In this document: piece after piece, positions 1 through 13,315 of the stretch
Numbering within the stretch: the stretch's first letter is position 1
Layout of the letters: each line of letters starts with the position of its first letter
NCBI RefSeq assembly: GCF_964204645.1
Contig: NC_134030.1
Location: forward strand, 5,436,778-5,500,777
DNA: 64,000 nucleotides
Source of the DNA: Tubulanus polymorphus
Lineage: Eukaryota > Animalia > Nemertea
Reading direction: 5' to 3'
Program-made: the position numbers and the translations under genes
Notes under the pieces: generated by a model
What the model was told of the DNA's origin: nothing
What the model saw: only the letters and a program-made list of their open reading frames with translations
Database searches by the model: none

Positions 1-3000
1 CTTTATAATAAAAACGGTTAACTAATCATTTTTTCTTTCTTTGGCGATTTAAGGTATAGCATTTGTACCATTAAATGCATTTGCACCATTAAATGCAATC
101 CATGATACTTCTGGAAGGAGCCACTTTTGACGAACAGCACAAAATGTAGGTCGCTAGTTGAAATGTGTCTCGTAATTTTTAAATCGCCTAATTCTTCTTT
201 CGGAGATACCGAGCTACGACGAGCCTCGTCAAACGTTGTCTCGATAAATTACTTATATATTCAAATGAAGGTACGTGTGTCCACGAGGAGAGAGGTCTCA
301 CATGTAACACATGGTGTGTGTATCGGAACGTCCGCGCACACAACAGCTGCCGTGACAGACACATCTAAAACAGCGACGGATCCTTTCAACGAATCGACGA
401 AAATGAATTGGAAATCGACCGACAAGTGTCTTGGCACTAGACCATCAAACGGCGGCCACCGATGCCGACTCAAAACTTAACTGTCCGACAAACAAAAGCC
501 ACGCAATTTGTTATATGTTTTTAAAAGCGCCATTCGCTGTTGGCAAACAAGTAACATTCGTTGAAATTTTGGCCATTAAAGACATCGGCTACGTTCTTTA
601 AATTGAAATTACGACGAGTTTCCTTTATATTCGCTGTGTTGAGTGGGAGGCACCTATCGATGAAATATTATTATGGGCATTTTCGGCTACAAACGCGCAA
701 TTCGAAAACAATTTGATTCTAAAGTATGACGCAAATGTTTTTGACTTGTGCTCATATTAGAGAAAAAAATAACGGGTTCGAGTTTGCGTTCGTTTTATAC
801 GGTAGAAACTAAAGAGAAATTACTAATATTTCTGATATGGCGAGATATTTCTGGGCGTCGAAAGCTCATTCCCAACGCATAAATTATGCCAAAAATCTCG
901 CCGCGTAAAATTCAAGGATTACTCGAGTGGGCTTAACCCATCAGAAGAGGTAGCTAGCATCGCCTTTGATGGAGCGAGTTGACTGATTTCCCTGTTGCCG
1001 TCGACTAAAGCTCCCAGCGATCGCGCTCACAAAAGCCAGCAAAAAACCTATCAATAATCCGTGACGGGAACATCTCGGTTCTGCCTTGAAATCTAACCGT
1101 GCGCGCACCAGTCTTAACGTCGATGAGAAGACAGCAGGCAGCACTCAAAGCTCGCATCAGGTGAGTGAAAAAAACATTTTCTAAAAATTACAATTCTGCA
1201 AGAAAAATCAATGACGGCGTCCCGCAATCGCTGTACCAGCGCTGGAATGCCGGCCAATCTCGAGCCGTCAAAGCGGAATTCGCCGGGGTTTTTTATGACT
1301 CAGTTAGCACTGTGTATATTTTATGAGCCGCCATTTTGTATGTTGACACCTGCCTATAAAAGCTCATCCGGAACCATAACCATTACGGAGAAAATTATGA
1401 GGGTCATAAAATCAGAGATTTTCACGCAAATGTATGAACGCACAGTTATACACATAGTATTCTAGACTCATCATTGGTCAGGGTAGCTGTCTATTGCTAA
1501 TATACTGAGCTACTAAACGCACATGTTTTCAAATCATCAAACGACATAATTATAGGTTTTATAGAGCGCTACCTAATCTTTCATGACGTTTCAATCATTC
1601 ATTCTTCTTAAATTTCGATTTTTTCTTCGTTTTCTGTTTGTAAATCAAACGTACACCGACCACATTAGCAAAAGACGAAAATGATGCGAACCATTTTTTT
1701 AATCTAAGTTTCTTCCGAATCAAGCTGCGTGATGGAAATTTCATCATTATCTCGATACAGATATTACCAACAAGTTTTTTTAAAGTATATATTCAATTCA
1801 TTACAAAAATAAATGATCGTTTCTATCTATCTGATTTTTGTTTAAATGTCAGTCGTGTTTCGTGGTATAACACGCGCTCACAGCTTATCTGTATAATCTA
1901 CGTCCCGTGGGTCTTATTAATTGCCATTAAACTGTTCACAGATATTTCGTTTCACCTCTAATTTCATCATCTCGACAGAAAAGAAAAAATCACGAAAATT
2001 AGAATAAAAAGATTGGAAACGTAAAAACCGTTAGAATAATGTTTATACATTGATAACTACTGCATTATTTAATGGTGTGAGTCGATGTGCACTCAGCGTC
2101 ATCAATATTTGCCTTTCAAAATAAAAATTACAATCGTGAATTTTGTCCTTTTTTATAATTTTGATACTCCGAGAAGATGCACTACATCATCACTATGTCG
2201 GTTCTAGACTGGTTGCCGGTCAATTGAATTAAATAAACGATATAAAAATCAAAAAATAACTTTGTTGATCCTTGATATTATATAATATATATCATGTTAT
2301 TTATAGTCGACAATATTAAGCAAAATAAGATGTGTTATTTTTCAAGGCGTCAATAAACTTTCAGTAAGCTAGTTTTCTTGCTAATACCCATTGCTCGACC
2401 ACGCTGTTTGTTTTTTTAAAGCTTAATGCCTTCATTGAATGACAGTTTCCTAGCAGTATGATTTAAACCATTAACTTTGTAGGAAACTAAATTTAGGTCA
2501 GGATTTTTTCGATGCGGTTTCAGTTGAGTTGATAACGTTCTTTCTTTCTAAATCCTGCTGCTCCAGGAACCTGTAGCGTGTACCTTCGAATAAGCCTTAA
2601 TATCGGCGTCGAATGATCAGAAATTGACGAGGCAGCAGCCGGGCGGGTTCATTACACAACAGGTCGAGTCGTGTCTTGTGTATATATTTTCGTCGTTTAG
2701 CATTGTTCAACCAATTAACGATATCAGGCTGGAAATTGATCGAATCGCGTCGCACGGCGCTCAATATACACCGGCAAATTTGTCATTTTCTCTTCGCATA
2801 ATTGCGGAACATCAAACGGAAAGAAAATGATGATGGAAAATCGGGCGTCAAACGAATAATGAATCGCCCGTCGACGTATATTACATCAATGAACATATTT
2901 GCTCTGACAACGCCCGACGAAACGGCCATTAGAAAACAAATACATAACCGAGCAAATGTAAACATTGCGCCGCTCGCCCTCGAATAACAACCGTTTCGCT

Positions 3001-5472
3001 TCAGTTGATTAGAACAAAATTTCCTTTTCCGATTGATTTAAAAAATGATTATTCAAAAGAAATAGATATTCTTTTAATACGTAGTCTATATCGATGCAAA
3101 TCGACGTGACATTCCGGTACGGGGAAAAACTCATTTAACTGACGACTTAGAACATGAATAACCTGATAGTTCTCTCTCCACCAAACGAAGCGAATTCGAG
3201 GTTTTTTTACGTATGAATTACGCTAAAAACTTTTTATAAATGGTTTGAGAATATTGTGACAAGATTCGGCCAGTAAGAGTATCTACAATAGGCTCGTTAA
3301 ACGAGTTTTTGAAAATTGCCGCCGTTCGCCCAAAAGTGGCAGCACCGGACGGTCGGTCAAAATAGTCGGCCGATTTTTTACACACCGGAACGATCTGTCA
3401 TCCCTAAGAATTCAGCAGCTGGTTTTAAACCTCGGAAGTCTTGACAACATCGTCATCGATTTTGATGGCATCGACGTCGTCACACACTCACGAGACGAGA
3501 CGCGACTTTGATTCTAATAATTCATTCACACGAAGCCCGCGCGAGAGGATTTAAATTCAATTTCAAAAACCCGATAATGCATGATGACAAATTATGATTT
3601 GCGGTGAAGTATTTCCATTCAAAAGAAGTCGGTTTCAGCGCCAACTAGATCATTCATTACTAGGCGTATAAAAATTTGCGTACGGAAAGCGTCCTTTATA
3701 ACACGGAATGCAGGTGAAATCTCCCGAATTTTTTTACGGCTTTTGACCAAACGTTAGAATTCCTAATTAAGTTTCGAACTTAAGTAAAAAAATTTATGCT
3801 CCCTAGCAAACAGCGATGAGAAATTGTACCTATCAAACTGTCCTGAAAATTACTTTGAAAGAAATTATCTCTAATTCGACCGAATCGCAAAGAACAGTAA
3901 ACGCCTTCTCATGGCAATCACCGGGCCAGGGCAGCTTGATAGTGAGTTCGGATATGAAATAATCTTGCGGTATAACTACCTGTCGCCACCGATCACCAAT
4001 GATTGAGACATATTACCCTCGGAGGTCATCAGAAACGAATTAGCCACGACACAAAAGATCGCCACATCCTTCCCGAAATTGATACTAAAATCGCGATTAA
4101 TAAAAAAACGTCCAAACGTTAAGTGGCGTAAAACGTACGTTAATGCGCAAGAAATATCATTGATATTTAATGGCAAAATTCAACGCTGTCGTCTTTCCGC
4201 TGATATTCATTTCTGTTTCCTTTTTTCCTTTCTTTTTGTCGAAATCTTCACGAGAACTTATACTTCGATGTCCTCGAATTTGGGAAATATCAAAACTGGG
4301 TATAACCTAATCGACAAAAAAAGTTCCCAAAGTTCCCAAAGTCTGATCCAGTGCATTTTCATAGTACGTAATTACATGAAATTTCTATTGCCAAAAATAT
4401 CATTATGATCTTATGAATGGCACGTCCAGAGTATGAAGGCTGTTACTGAGTGATGAGTGGACGAGCTCTCACTATAGAATCAATTCTTGTACTGAGATGT
4501 TTTAAGTCTCCTTGGAGGTTGAAACCTCATTTTGCCTTCACATCTTGCCTTTCTTCACAAACAATGGTAAATTCTACTTCTAAATTAACACATCTTCGTT
4601 AAAGCCAATGGATACGAGTTGAGCAAGGTGGAATACACCGATTATACTACTATACGGGAACAATGTCCAAGTCGATTTATAAGTCCCATTATCGGGCTAT
4701 CATCGTCTCTTCTGTTGGTTCCGATGATGACACCGAGGACACAAATCGAAAAAAGAAGAGCGAACGTGATCGAAAATTGTGATTGAAATTTAAGTGGCAT
4801 AAAACCAGGATCAACGACCTGTCATAAAGCCGCGATAAAGATGACAATATAAACATCTCCTAATTAAACCATCGTCTTTCGCTTAACGCCGTTAAGTGTT
4901 CGGTTTTAGGCCGAGAATTCAAATGAATCGGTGGCAAAACTATGAAACAGGCCCCTGGTATAGAAATACACCTATCCCGTCTTCGGCTTTATCTTCGTAA
5001 TCTCAGGTCGGAGAAGGTCTTAGTAAGGTTTTCGTGTTCTCATTTTATGTTTTTACTGATTTGTAAACATGAGATTAAAGAAACAACATCAGTCATTGTT
5101 GAAACGTGCTTCAAATCGGTGTGAAATTTAGCATTCGAGTTTTTTCCTCTCCCCGGAGAAGGCGGCTTGTTGATGACTACCTTTACGTCATCGACACCGT
5201 TCATTGACACATACGTAACCGTTAAACGCCAATAGTAATTTACGCAGCGACCAAACGGAGAGTAACGTATTTCTGCCTGATGTGTCCGGGCACGGGATGA
5301 AGGTCTCGAGGCGACCATCAATTCAATATCTTCGCAATGTCGGGATCAAATGGACCAAAGAGACAAATGTCACTGGAACACGCGCATTAGTCAACAAAGT
5401 TGCTTAGACCTCCATCATGGATCTTTTAGATCACTCACAACCCGATAACAAACCATATTACGTTGCATCCTT

Positions 5473-5599
5473 AGCCCAAAACACACGGAAAACATGTTTC
5501 CGTGCTTTTTCCTTCGTCGTGCGTCGTGTTTTTGGAAACATTGTTTCCGAGATCAAACATGTTTGACTCTGTGTTTCCCTGCGTCGTGTGCGTTGGGCT
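5473..5599. mobile_element. MITE, Harbinger-like termini
   Basis: TIRs AGCCCAAAACACACG / CGTGTGCGTTGGGCT with TTA-like flanks and internal AAACATGTTT palindromes. Confidence 0.65.
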
Positions 5600-7029
5600 T
5601 TACCAGTTGTTTGAATAACTGAGACGAAGCGTCAGCTCCACAGTCAAGCTATACCATCGCGAAACAAAAAAAAAACTGACCACCGAAAGCCGACTAATTA
5701 AGATTGAGTAACTTATGCCACGAAATGAGGTAGTAATACTGTTAGTTATATTAGAAGCTAATAGATTGCGGAGACGACAAAGTAAAATATTACGACAGCA
5801 CTAGAAAATTGTTTCCGATGTACATCAGGAAATATTGGACTGGTCAGTGACGAATGGGTTCTCGATGACGTGCAAACAACATTGAGACAATTTATAAGAA
5901 TTAACGCGAGGCAGGATTGAGAATGGAATCCACCAAATCAAAATATATTTCTCATAACTTCTCAAAGGCTGCTGGATTTACGAATAAGGAATTGAATTAT
6001 GGAACATTGGTAATAATCCTTTCTTAAAAAGAGTCCCAAAACAATGGTTGTTTCTTTGTTCTGATGATATCATACTCGGTGAACCTGACGTGAATCGCAA
6101 ACGGTGGCATATCCGTGTAGTAATTAATACGATGAATCCATGAATTACAAAATACTTCATAAATGAATAAAAAATCTGGCGCAGATGTGCTGAAATATGT
6201 ATTGAATTCATACAATTAGTCAATTGATTATTCCAGGTTTCCATTCATTCTGTCTCTGTATCGAAGTCAAGTACTGTGTACACATTATGATTCGAATAAT
6301 TCAGAGAATTCGACTGGAATCACTGAATAACTCGCGACCGATAACGCGAATGACTAATCTCAACCTCCGCACAAAATTAAACAATGAACGAAACGAAACG
6401 AAAAGATACACGCTGAATAAATTCATCTCTCGTTCTCCATCTGCAACTCTGAATTTGCAAAGGTTAACCGTTATTTATGGCCTCTATCGCGACACGTCGA
6501 ATTTATTTACAATAAATCTGTATTGTACGCGTATCGCGCCTAAATTCGCCGCCCGGGAACGCCGCTCACCCGTGGGGCGACTCCGACCGACGCTGTTCCC
6601 GCCGAAGATTCATCACAGGCGGCGGCGAGAAGCGATCTGTCGCCGGGGTATTACATCGTTGAAAATATGGATCTCTCGTTTAAGGGGATTAACGCCCTAT
6701 CAAAGCGAGACCTGCGCTGAGCCTCGTCTAATGACCCATTGTCCGAGTAACAGGGGACAGCGGTGTCCTGACAAATGACCAGCTCAGAGAGAAATGACTG
6801 CAGCAGACTCGTGCAGGATTAAGTGTGAGATTTGTAGATATTTTACCAAGGTCAGTGCATTCTGGCGTGAGGACGATTGTCGTTTATTTCTGAGAGACTT
6901 TCTGAACGTATTCACGACCCAGGGGATGACTGAGTGAGGACTGCTGACCATTCCTGGTTAATCAGTCGTGATAGTCCAACCTGGTCTGGTAGGGCGGGCT
7001 ACAATCGGGCTAGGCTGGTATGTCGACCA

Positions 7030-7155
7030 GGGGCCAGTTCGATAATTGAGACTTAAGTCCGAACGTGGTCTCAAATCTTAAGACTGGTCTCAAGTTGTTA
7101 GATTGACTAAAACGGTCTTAGACTTGTATTGAAGCCGTGACTATGAACCGGGCCC
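7030..7155. mobile_element. MITE family A, copy 1
   Basis: Termini GGGGCCAGTTC...GAACCGGGCCC. Internal GGTCTTA/TAAGAC subrepeats are shared with the copies at 9034 and 27622. Confidence 0.7.
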
Positions 7156-9033
7156 TCAGGAACTAACCAGAAAGGTTCAATCACTATATATCAACTAAGA
7201 AGCAAGACCATAAGCTAATTTGAAAATAGGAGAATTTCTATGGACGACGAAACTTTACATAGATGACGTCACTGATGGAATTCGCGCAAAACGATGGCGC
7301 GAACGCACGACGTGTTATCTACAATAAAAAATTTACGTGCTCTTTCATTTCCTCTCGGTGTGAGTCGACTAGCATCGACCGGACATCCGATGTTGTAGAT
7401 TGTACGTCAAGCACGGTCTTCTAAATGTCCATTTATTGCCGATTTCGATGGTCAAGATAAGCTGATGTCGCAATAATAGTCATGTTTTTACAGAGTCGGA
7501 AACCTCGATACACGCCTGACCGTATCGACGCCGGGTAAACTCTGTCGCCGTGAAGATGGATAAGAATGCTTCTACTTTTAAACAAATACGTCTTTTTCTA
7601 AACCGACTCCGTATTACATCTACAATATGGCGTGTTTCATCGAAGGACAGATGAAAAGGATAGTATATAATCAAACTAGAGGTATACCGGACGCACGGAT
7701 AGTGCATCTCGCCACAATATTGACAAAATGGAGCGGAATCAAAGTCTATGATATTGTAAAACATTGAGATTTGAAGTGGAATTTCTACTATTTCAATACA
7801 TGATATGAAACTCCGATGGCAATTGCATAATTTACCTTTACTCTATTGTTTGTAAAAAAGATATTAAAATGGAACATGACGTAACTTTAAACGTATTGAT
7901 CTAAGGCCAAAAAAGACTGATTCTCGGAACGGGCTGACAGGTTACGAAACCGTTGGCCTGATTGCCGCTTCCCACTTCTATCACCTGGCCTCATCACTAC
8001 ACGCGTATATACGCATTACTACCAAAAATTCATAAATACTCGTCTCATTGTGAATTGTAGATAGTACGTTCTAACCAGACCGTGGCCAAATCATACATAA
8101 TCCAAAAATTGCGCTCAGAGACGACACGATATGATAAATGCTGCCGTAAACAACGACATATCACTACCATTAATCAAAGGCCTGTCTTCATTTCGCCTAA
8201 GTACCGGCTGTTCGGCGTAAAATTTACATTTTAAATTAGCCCGATTGGAGAGTGTCATCGCGTGTTCAATGTATGTCATATTTGAATTTTAAATCGTCAC
8301 CATATTGTTCACGTGTTTCGTTTTGTTTTAGCGGCACAGACGCGTATAAAACGATTATATTATGTCACATCGTATGCGAAATGTACTTATTAAAAGGACC
8401 GAAATGAAAAGCGCGAATCAGTTCGAATGGCACCAGAAACACGTAAACACCTATGCACTTTCGATGGATATAATCAAATCCCTGGGGAATTAACCATTTA
8501 GTAACCTGTTGAACTTGTAAGTACATATCATTTTTCATCAATACGTTTAAACCCGTTCGCACCGATGCATAGTACTGAAAATACATTATGTATTATATGT
8601 ATTATGTATACCTTCATTTCAGAATTCAATTATTTCTAATTTATTACATGAACGTACTAGGAGATCGGATTAGATTGATTTCCTGTGTTTTATTCTTCAT
8701 ATTTCAATGGCGAAAAAAACCCGCAGCGACTGATAAATCGTGCTCGTTGTGATTTGCTCGTGCACTTTATCCGTCGTTCGTAGTTTCGTTTAATTACCGC
8801 ACGCCGACGCTAATGACCACTTCACCAGTGATTTAAATGCAGTTTTAATGTCATTAACTGTGAATATTGAACTTGATTATACATTAGATTCCAATTGAAC
8901 ATCACATGAGTCGAACACAAAATCAAAACACGCGCCCGAATTGCTGCCTCGACTCGGTTGGAAAAAAATATTTTGACAACTCTGTAGGTGACGATTCCTA
9001 AGTATTCTTAAAAAAGTGTTTTTCGATCTGTGC

Positions 9034-9392
9034 GGGCCCGGTTGTTCAGAAGCGACCTTAAATCTTACCACCGGTCTTACGTTGTTAGATTGGCTACAGA
9101 ACTAAGTTAGTCTTAGACCGGTCTTAAATCTAAGCCACCATGACTATGCATCTGGCCCAGGGCTCAGTGGTACGGTCTTGACTTTAAGACCAAAAGCGGT
9201 CTTAAATGGCGTCTGGTGTCCATCAACTTAAATTACGTCATCTATTTATCACCTGTATTATTTTCTAATGTAATTTAATTTGTGAATAAAGAATGACAAA
9301 ATGATAACAAGATCTAAAGATTGGTCTTAAGTTGTTAGTAACTCTAAAAATTGAAATCTAAGCCAAGAGCCGTGAGCGTGCAACTGACTCCA
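9034..9392. mobile_element. MITE family A, two adjacent copies (9034-9158 and about 9160-9392)
   Basis: GGGCCCGGTT...TCTGGCCC termini. Shares GTTGTTAGATTG...GTCTTAGAC...TGACTATG with copy 1. The second copy is more degenerate. Confidence 0.65.
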
Positions 9393-9763
9393 GGTTAGCT
9401 TTGATTATGATTTGATTCAAAGTAGAATATTTGGAAAAAATACATATTACGAAATATATATATAGCTTGGTTGAAACGATCCATTAACTTAATCTATATC
9501 AATTCCACAAAAATATCGGCAATTAATTCTTTATGAACAGATATACACTACACACCGAGTGATCGTTTGTGTATTCAGATATCGTAAAACTAGGTAGTTT
9601 AAGTAAGCTAAAACAATAACGCCAGAAGGCGGAAGATGATTGATTTTAAAAAGTCGACAACGCTTGAGATAACAATTCACAGATGGCGCTCGAACGCGTG
9701 CTTCGATATCGCTCTGTTCAGCCGAACGTATGTTTCAAGCGATAGTTGACATCGAATTGCGCA

Positions 9764-9855
9764 GGGGCCCAGTTTCACAAAAAGAGGTATTTCAACGTTT
9801 TCAATTCAGTGTCGTCAGTAAAGTCGAGTTATTACTGTTGTGAAACTGCGAGCCC
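9764..9855. mobile_element. MITE with GGGCCCAGTTTCACAA termini
   Basis: GGGCCCAGTTTCACAA ... TTGTGAAACTGCGAGCCC; related ends occur at 23591-23711 and near 34305. Confidence 0.6.
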
Positions 9856-11094
9856 AGAATGTAACCGATTCCATGCGTAATCGCTTGCTCAAAATGCATC
9901 AGTGGAATTTAGCCATTTCAATATTTCTCGTCTGGGCATTTTCCATTATTAGTTTCTAATCATTCGTAACATCTTTGAATACATTTCAATGAGTTGATTT
10001 TCTAACTGTAAAATACAATTTCTTACAGTGAGTAACGGCCGATACTTCTTCTATTAGAAGGCCCTAGATTCATTTGCAACGCGGATAGCTTAAGTGAAAC
10101 CTTCACTTACTAAAAGTAATGATTACCTTTCTGTCTTAGAGAGAGAGCGTTTTGTTGCAATCGGAAACGGTCCGGTAAAAATTACAAGAATTACAAACAA
10201 ATTAGCGAAATATTCGTTTTACTAACTGCAATTTGCGAAATCGCGCTGACGATGATAGGTCATCAGAATCGCAGATAAAGTACTATTCGATACCGAAAAA
10301 CGCCTCGACTAAGAACATTAGCGGGCAAGTAGCCGTTTGTTGATGATAATTTGTGTCTTGGAATTCCGCTGCGATCCCGTTCATGAACAATAGACCGCCG
10401 AAAAGACTTCCTGGCTAGAGCTGTGCTTTAGCGTGTGATTGACGATTATGGCAGGCCTAAGACAGCTGTAATGTTCCCCGGAATACAAGCATCGGGTCGC
10501 CGTGACCAATGGCACCGACAGCCAAAATAACCGCTGTTCAACGCTAACATATTGATAGGCATCAATTTCAGGGGTTAATGTTTCAACATTTTTTTTCTTT
10601 CATTTGAAAATCGTTTAGAACGCCCGGTGTCAAACGTGCCTAAGGTTAAATGAAACGCATTTCTATCGCAATTGTTTCCGAAATCGGGGGTAACGTCGTT
10701 TTTACTCGCTTTCGAACGTTCTAGGGTTAAAAAGCATTTCCAAATGTCGTATAAGAATTTGAATATAAATGCGTATACGAATTGTGACGTATGGTCTGAT
10801 TTTTATGTTCACACCCTCGTCACGTACAACAGAAGGTGTGAATTCATATATTCATAAAGAACAAGACAAGATATTTCTATGCATTTTATCGACTTGAAAT
10901 TCAAATTCTCTTCATACGTTGAAGAACTTGAACCTGACTTTTCATATTGCAAAGCTTAAAGAATCATTAGGAAGATCTCATATAGTTTTACTATGGGGTC
11001 TAATTTAACCTAGTAGAAGGCAAAACGTTTTTTGAAATTTTCAATTTTTGTGTTCAAATTGACATCGCCTTGCAAACAAGGTATTTCTTGAAGC

Positions 11095-11222
11095 AAAATG
11101 ATGGGAAACTAGATGAGAATTCGACGTTTCAGCCCAGTTCTATGGGCCATTTTTCAGTTTTTGGAAAAGACACATTGAATTGGACAGAGACGTCAAATTC
11201 TCATCTAGCTTTTCATTATTTT
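11095..11222. repeat. Imperfect palindrome (about 60-bp arms) with hammerhead-like remnant
   Basis: AAAATGATGGGAAACTAGATGAGAATTCGACGTTTCAGCCCAGTTC is inverted in GAATTGGACAGAGACGTCAAATTCTCATCTAGCTTTTCATTATTTT. The - strand shows CTGAAAA..GGCCCA(loop)TGGGCT-GAAACGTC. Confidence 0.6.
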
Positions 11223-11509
11223 GGTCGCTTGAAAAACGTTTCTTACCTTCCTTAGTTTTCAAAATAATTGTTTATTCACTATTGTACGCGTAAGCATCAT
11301 AGGGGAACAGGAATCAGAAACATCCAGAAAAAAACCCCTAAAGACAACCTGCCCCGGTGAGACGATGTAGGGCGGTGAGTGTTAATAGCGCATGGCGCGT
11401 ATCACGCCCGTAGGGTCCTTATTCACCAATGCGTTCTGCTATGCTGCCCGTACATAAACCCACAAGCACGGTTACCTCTAAGGGATTTCCCGTGTTGTTC
11501 GATATCGCC

Positions 11510-11640
11510 GGGTTTATTACTCGTTGTAAATCTTCTTTATTGCTTTTTCTTAATTTATGGCCGCATTGCTGGCCTATGCTTACTGTGTAAGAGAAGCCGC
11601 GCTGTAAATTATATACAGTATTAAAACCGTCATAAAACTG
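11510..11640 (+). promoter_or_regulatory. Scr upstream Hox/Cdx-type site cluster
   Basis: TTTATTAC, GTAAAT, TTTATTG, TTTATGGCC (11554-11562) and GTCATAAAA, about 0.55 kb upstream of the ATG. Confidence 0.5.
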
Positions 11641-12011
11641 CCAACGTTTACATTGAGCCTTTCATCTAAAGGCTATTCGGCTTCTTTTATCTCCGATATA
11701 GTGAAAAAATGAAGGGTAATTTATACGATAGGACTCTGGGCTGCGATAAACGCACGCACTGACGATACGTCGAGTTTATACAGTTTCATTGCAATACGAC
11801 AGGCAACTACAGACGGAAACGTGCGGTAAAAGCCGATTTGGAATTAATAGTTTCTAAAAATTCATTCAGTATAACGAAGTTTGAATGAGCAAAAGATATG
11901 TTTCTATTTCATTGGAATTCCCAAGGCGCGCGGCTCGCGAGCAACATTGCCAGGGCAATTCTAGCTAACGCGAGAAGAATGCGTGTAACCTGTAACCTTT
12001 TACTCGGCAGC

Positions 12012-12036
12012 TGATTGGCTGCCGTTGTCACGTGAT
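12012..12036 (+). promoter_or_regulatory. Scr proximal promoter: inverted CCAAT box + E-box (ATTGG-N10-CACGTG)
   Basis: ATTGG at 12014-12018 and CACGTG at 12029-12034, about 135 bp upstream of the ATG. Spacing fits an NF-Y/USF-type module. Confidence 0.7.
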
Positions 12037-12168
12037 CTCTGACACAGCCGCCTAATACGGTATATTGTTTTCTATTAGACAGGTCAGAATAACTACAAAC
12101 TTAATGGAGTCATAATTCATCCGTGCTTAGATGTAGGCCGCTACCGACAATAAACACACAACACCACG

Positions 12169-12859
12169 ATGAGTTCTTATTTTGTAAACTCGCTAAACTG
12201 CTACAGCCATGGGGTTGGCGAACCGGGTAGTGAACATTATACCTGCACGAGCCCAGGAAATGCGTATACTTACTCAAACCCGAGCGGATACCAGTACTCG
12301 CCGAATCAGGCCCATCAGAACGGAGACTTTTATCATCACAATTCGGCCGGTTACGGCGGTATACAACACGCTCATCAACAGCTCGGGCCTCGCAACATGA
12401 CAAATATCGGAGTCAGTTACAGCCCACCACCAGGCATGATCGGCTCAGCGAGGCAGAATTTCTCTCCGGATACGACAAACACGGCCGGGACGTTTAATCG
12501 GACTTCTGTTGTCAGCGGCAGTACTGTCGTGTGTGCCGATCGTACGTCCCCGAGGACGCCGCCGTCGCCGAAAGTCGAGCCTCCGGGAAGCCCCCCGCCC
12601 GTGCCCACGACACCGACGTCAAAGGCTTCGTCGCACCAGCTACAAACACAACAACAGCAACAACAAGAGGCGAAATCTCCCGGAAACAACAACACCGGCA
12701 AAACGAATACTCAAAACAAATCGCCGACGACGGTAGGGTTTGAGGAGGATGAGAAAGAAGCGGGCAGTCCGAATTCTAATACCAGTGGTAACGAAGCGGG
12801 CTCACCTACTGGACAACCGCAGATCTATCCGTGGATGAAGCGAGTTCACTGTTCTCACG
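12169..12859 (+). CDS. Scr: Sex combs reduced / Hox5, coding exon 1
   Basis: Starts with the Hox N-terminal motif MSSYFVNSL. Has Pro-rich and poly-Q tracts and the hexapeptide QIYPWMKRVH just before donor G|GTATGT at 12859/12860 (691 nt, phase 1). Confidence 0.95.
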
Positions 12860-13234
12860 GTATGTATCAAAATACTGTGTTTAACATGTCCGTTGTTCGT
12901 CTTGTCTCGTCTAGAAATATCTATTTAATCTATCTTAGACATGCTTATTTCTTTTTTAAACAACCACATCGCGTGCATACGTACATTTGGCAAAAATGCG
13001 TAGTCGTCGTGTGACCATGTGTCATAAATCCAAATAAAACCTAGCAATTATCTTATATCCACTGTTATTGTATACTATATATGTTTTATGATGTTGTGTA
13101 TATGATTCGAGTCCCTCCTACCTCGGACCCATCGCTGTTCTATACTAGTAAATGTAGCCTAACGGTATCCCGAGCGAATGGTTTCCATTCCAGTTGTGCT
13201 CTATCGTATAATTTGTTCGATTGTGTCTTATAAA

Positions 13235-13315
13235 AGCCTTATTGGCCATTATGATAACGTTTTATCACCTAGTCGGTAATAAGAATGCCATTACGGCCAA
13301 ATTTACGACCCCAGT
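13235..13315 (+). promoter_or_regulatory. Scr intronic homeodomain-site cluster
   Basis: GGCCATTAT, TTTTATC, GGTAAT, GCCATTAC and ATTTACGAC within 80 bp. Confidence 0.5.

Noticed and set aside
59-97. Short tandem duplications (also near 4320, 49963, 54755)
   Set aside because: Ordinary slippage; two units only, not CRISPR-like or satellite.
6224-6778. 184-aa ORF
   Set aside because: Non-ATG start, no domain, Arg-rich from CpG content; the region looks more like an enhancer.
12110-12743. Several overlapping and antisense ORFs over Scr exon 1
   Set aside because: By-products of GC-rich coding sequence.
12860-13014. ORF read-through past the Scr donor (and the pre-acceptor extensions at 23733 and 61607)
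   Set aside because: Intronic sequence; splice sites and Hox architecture explain the true boundaries.
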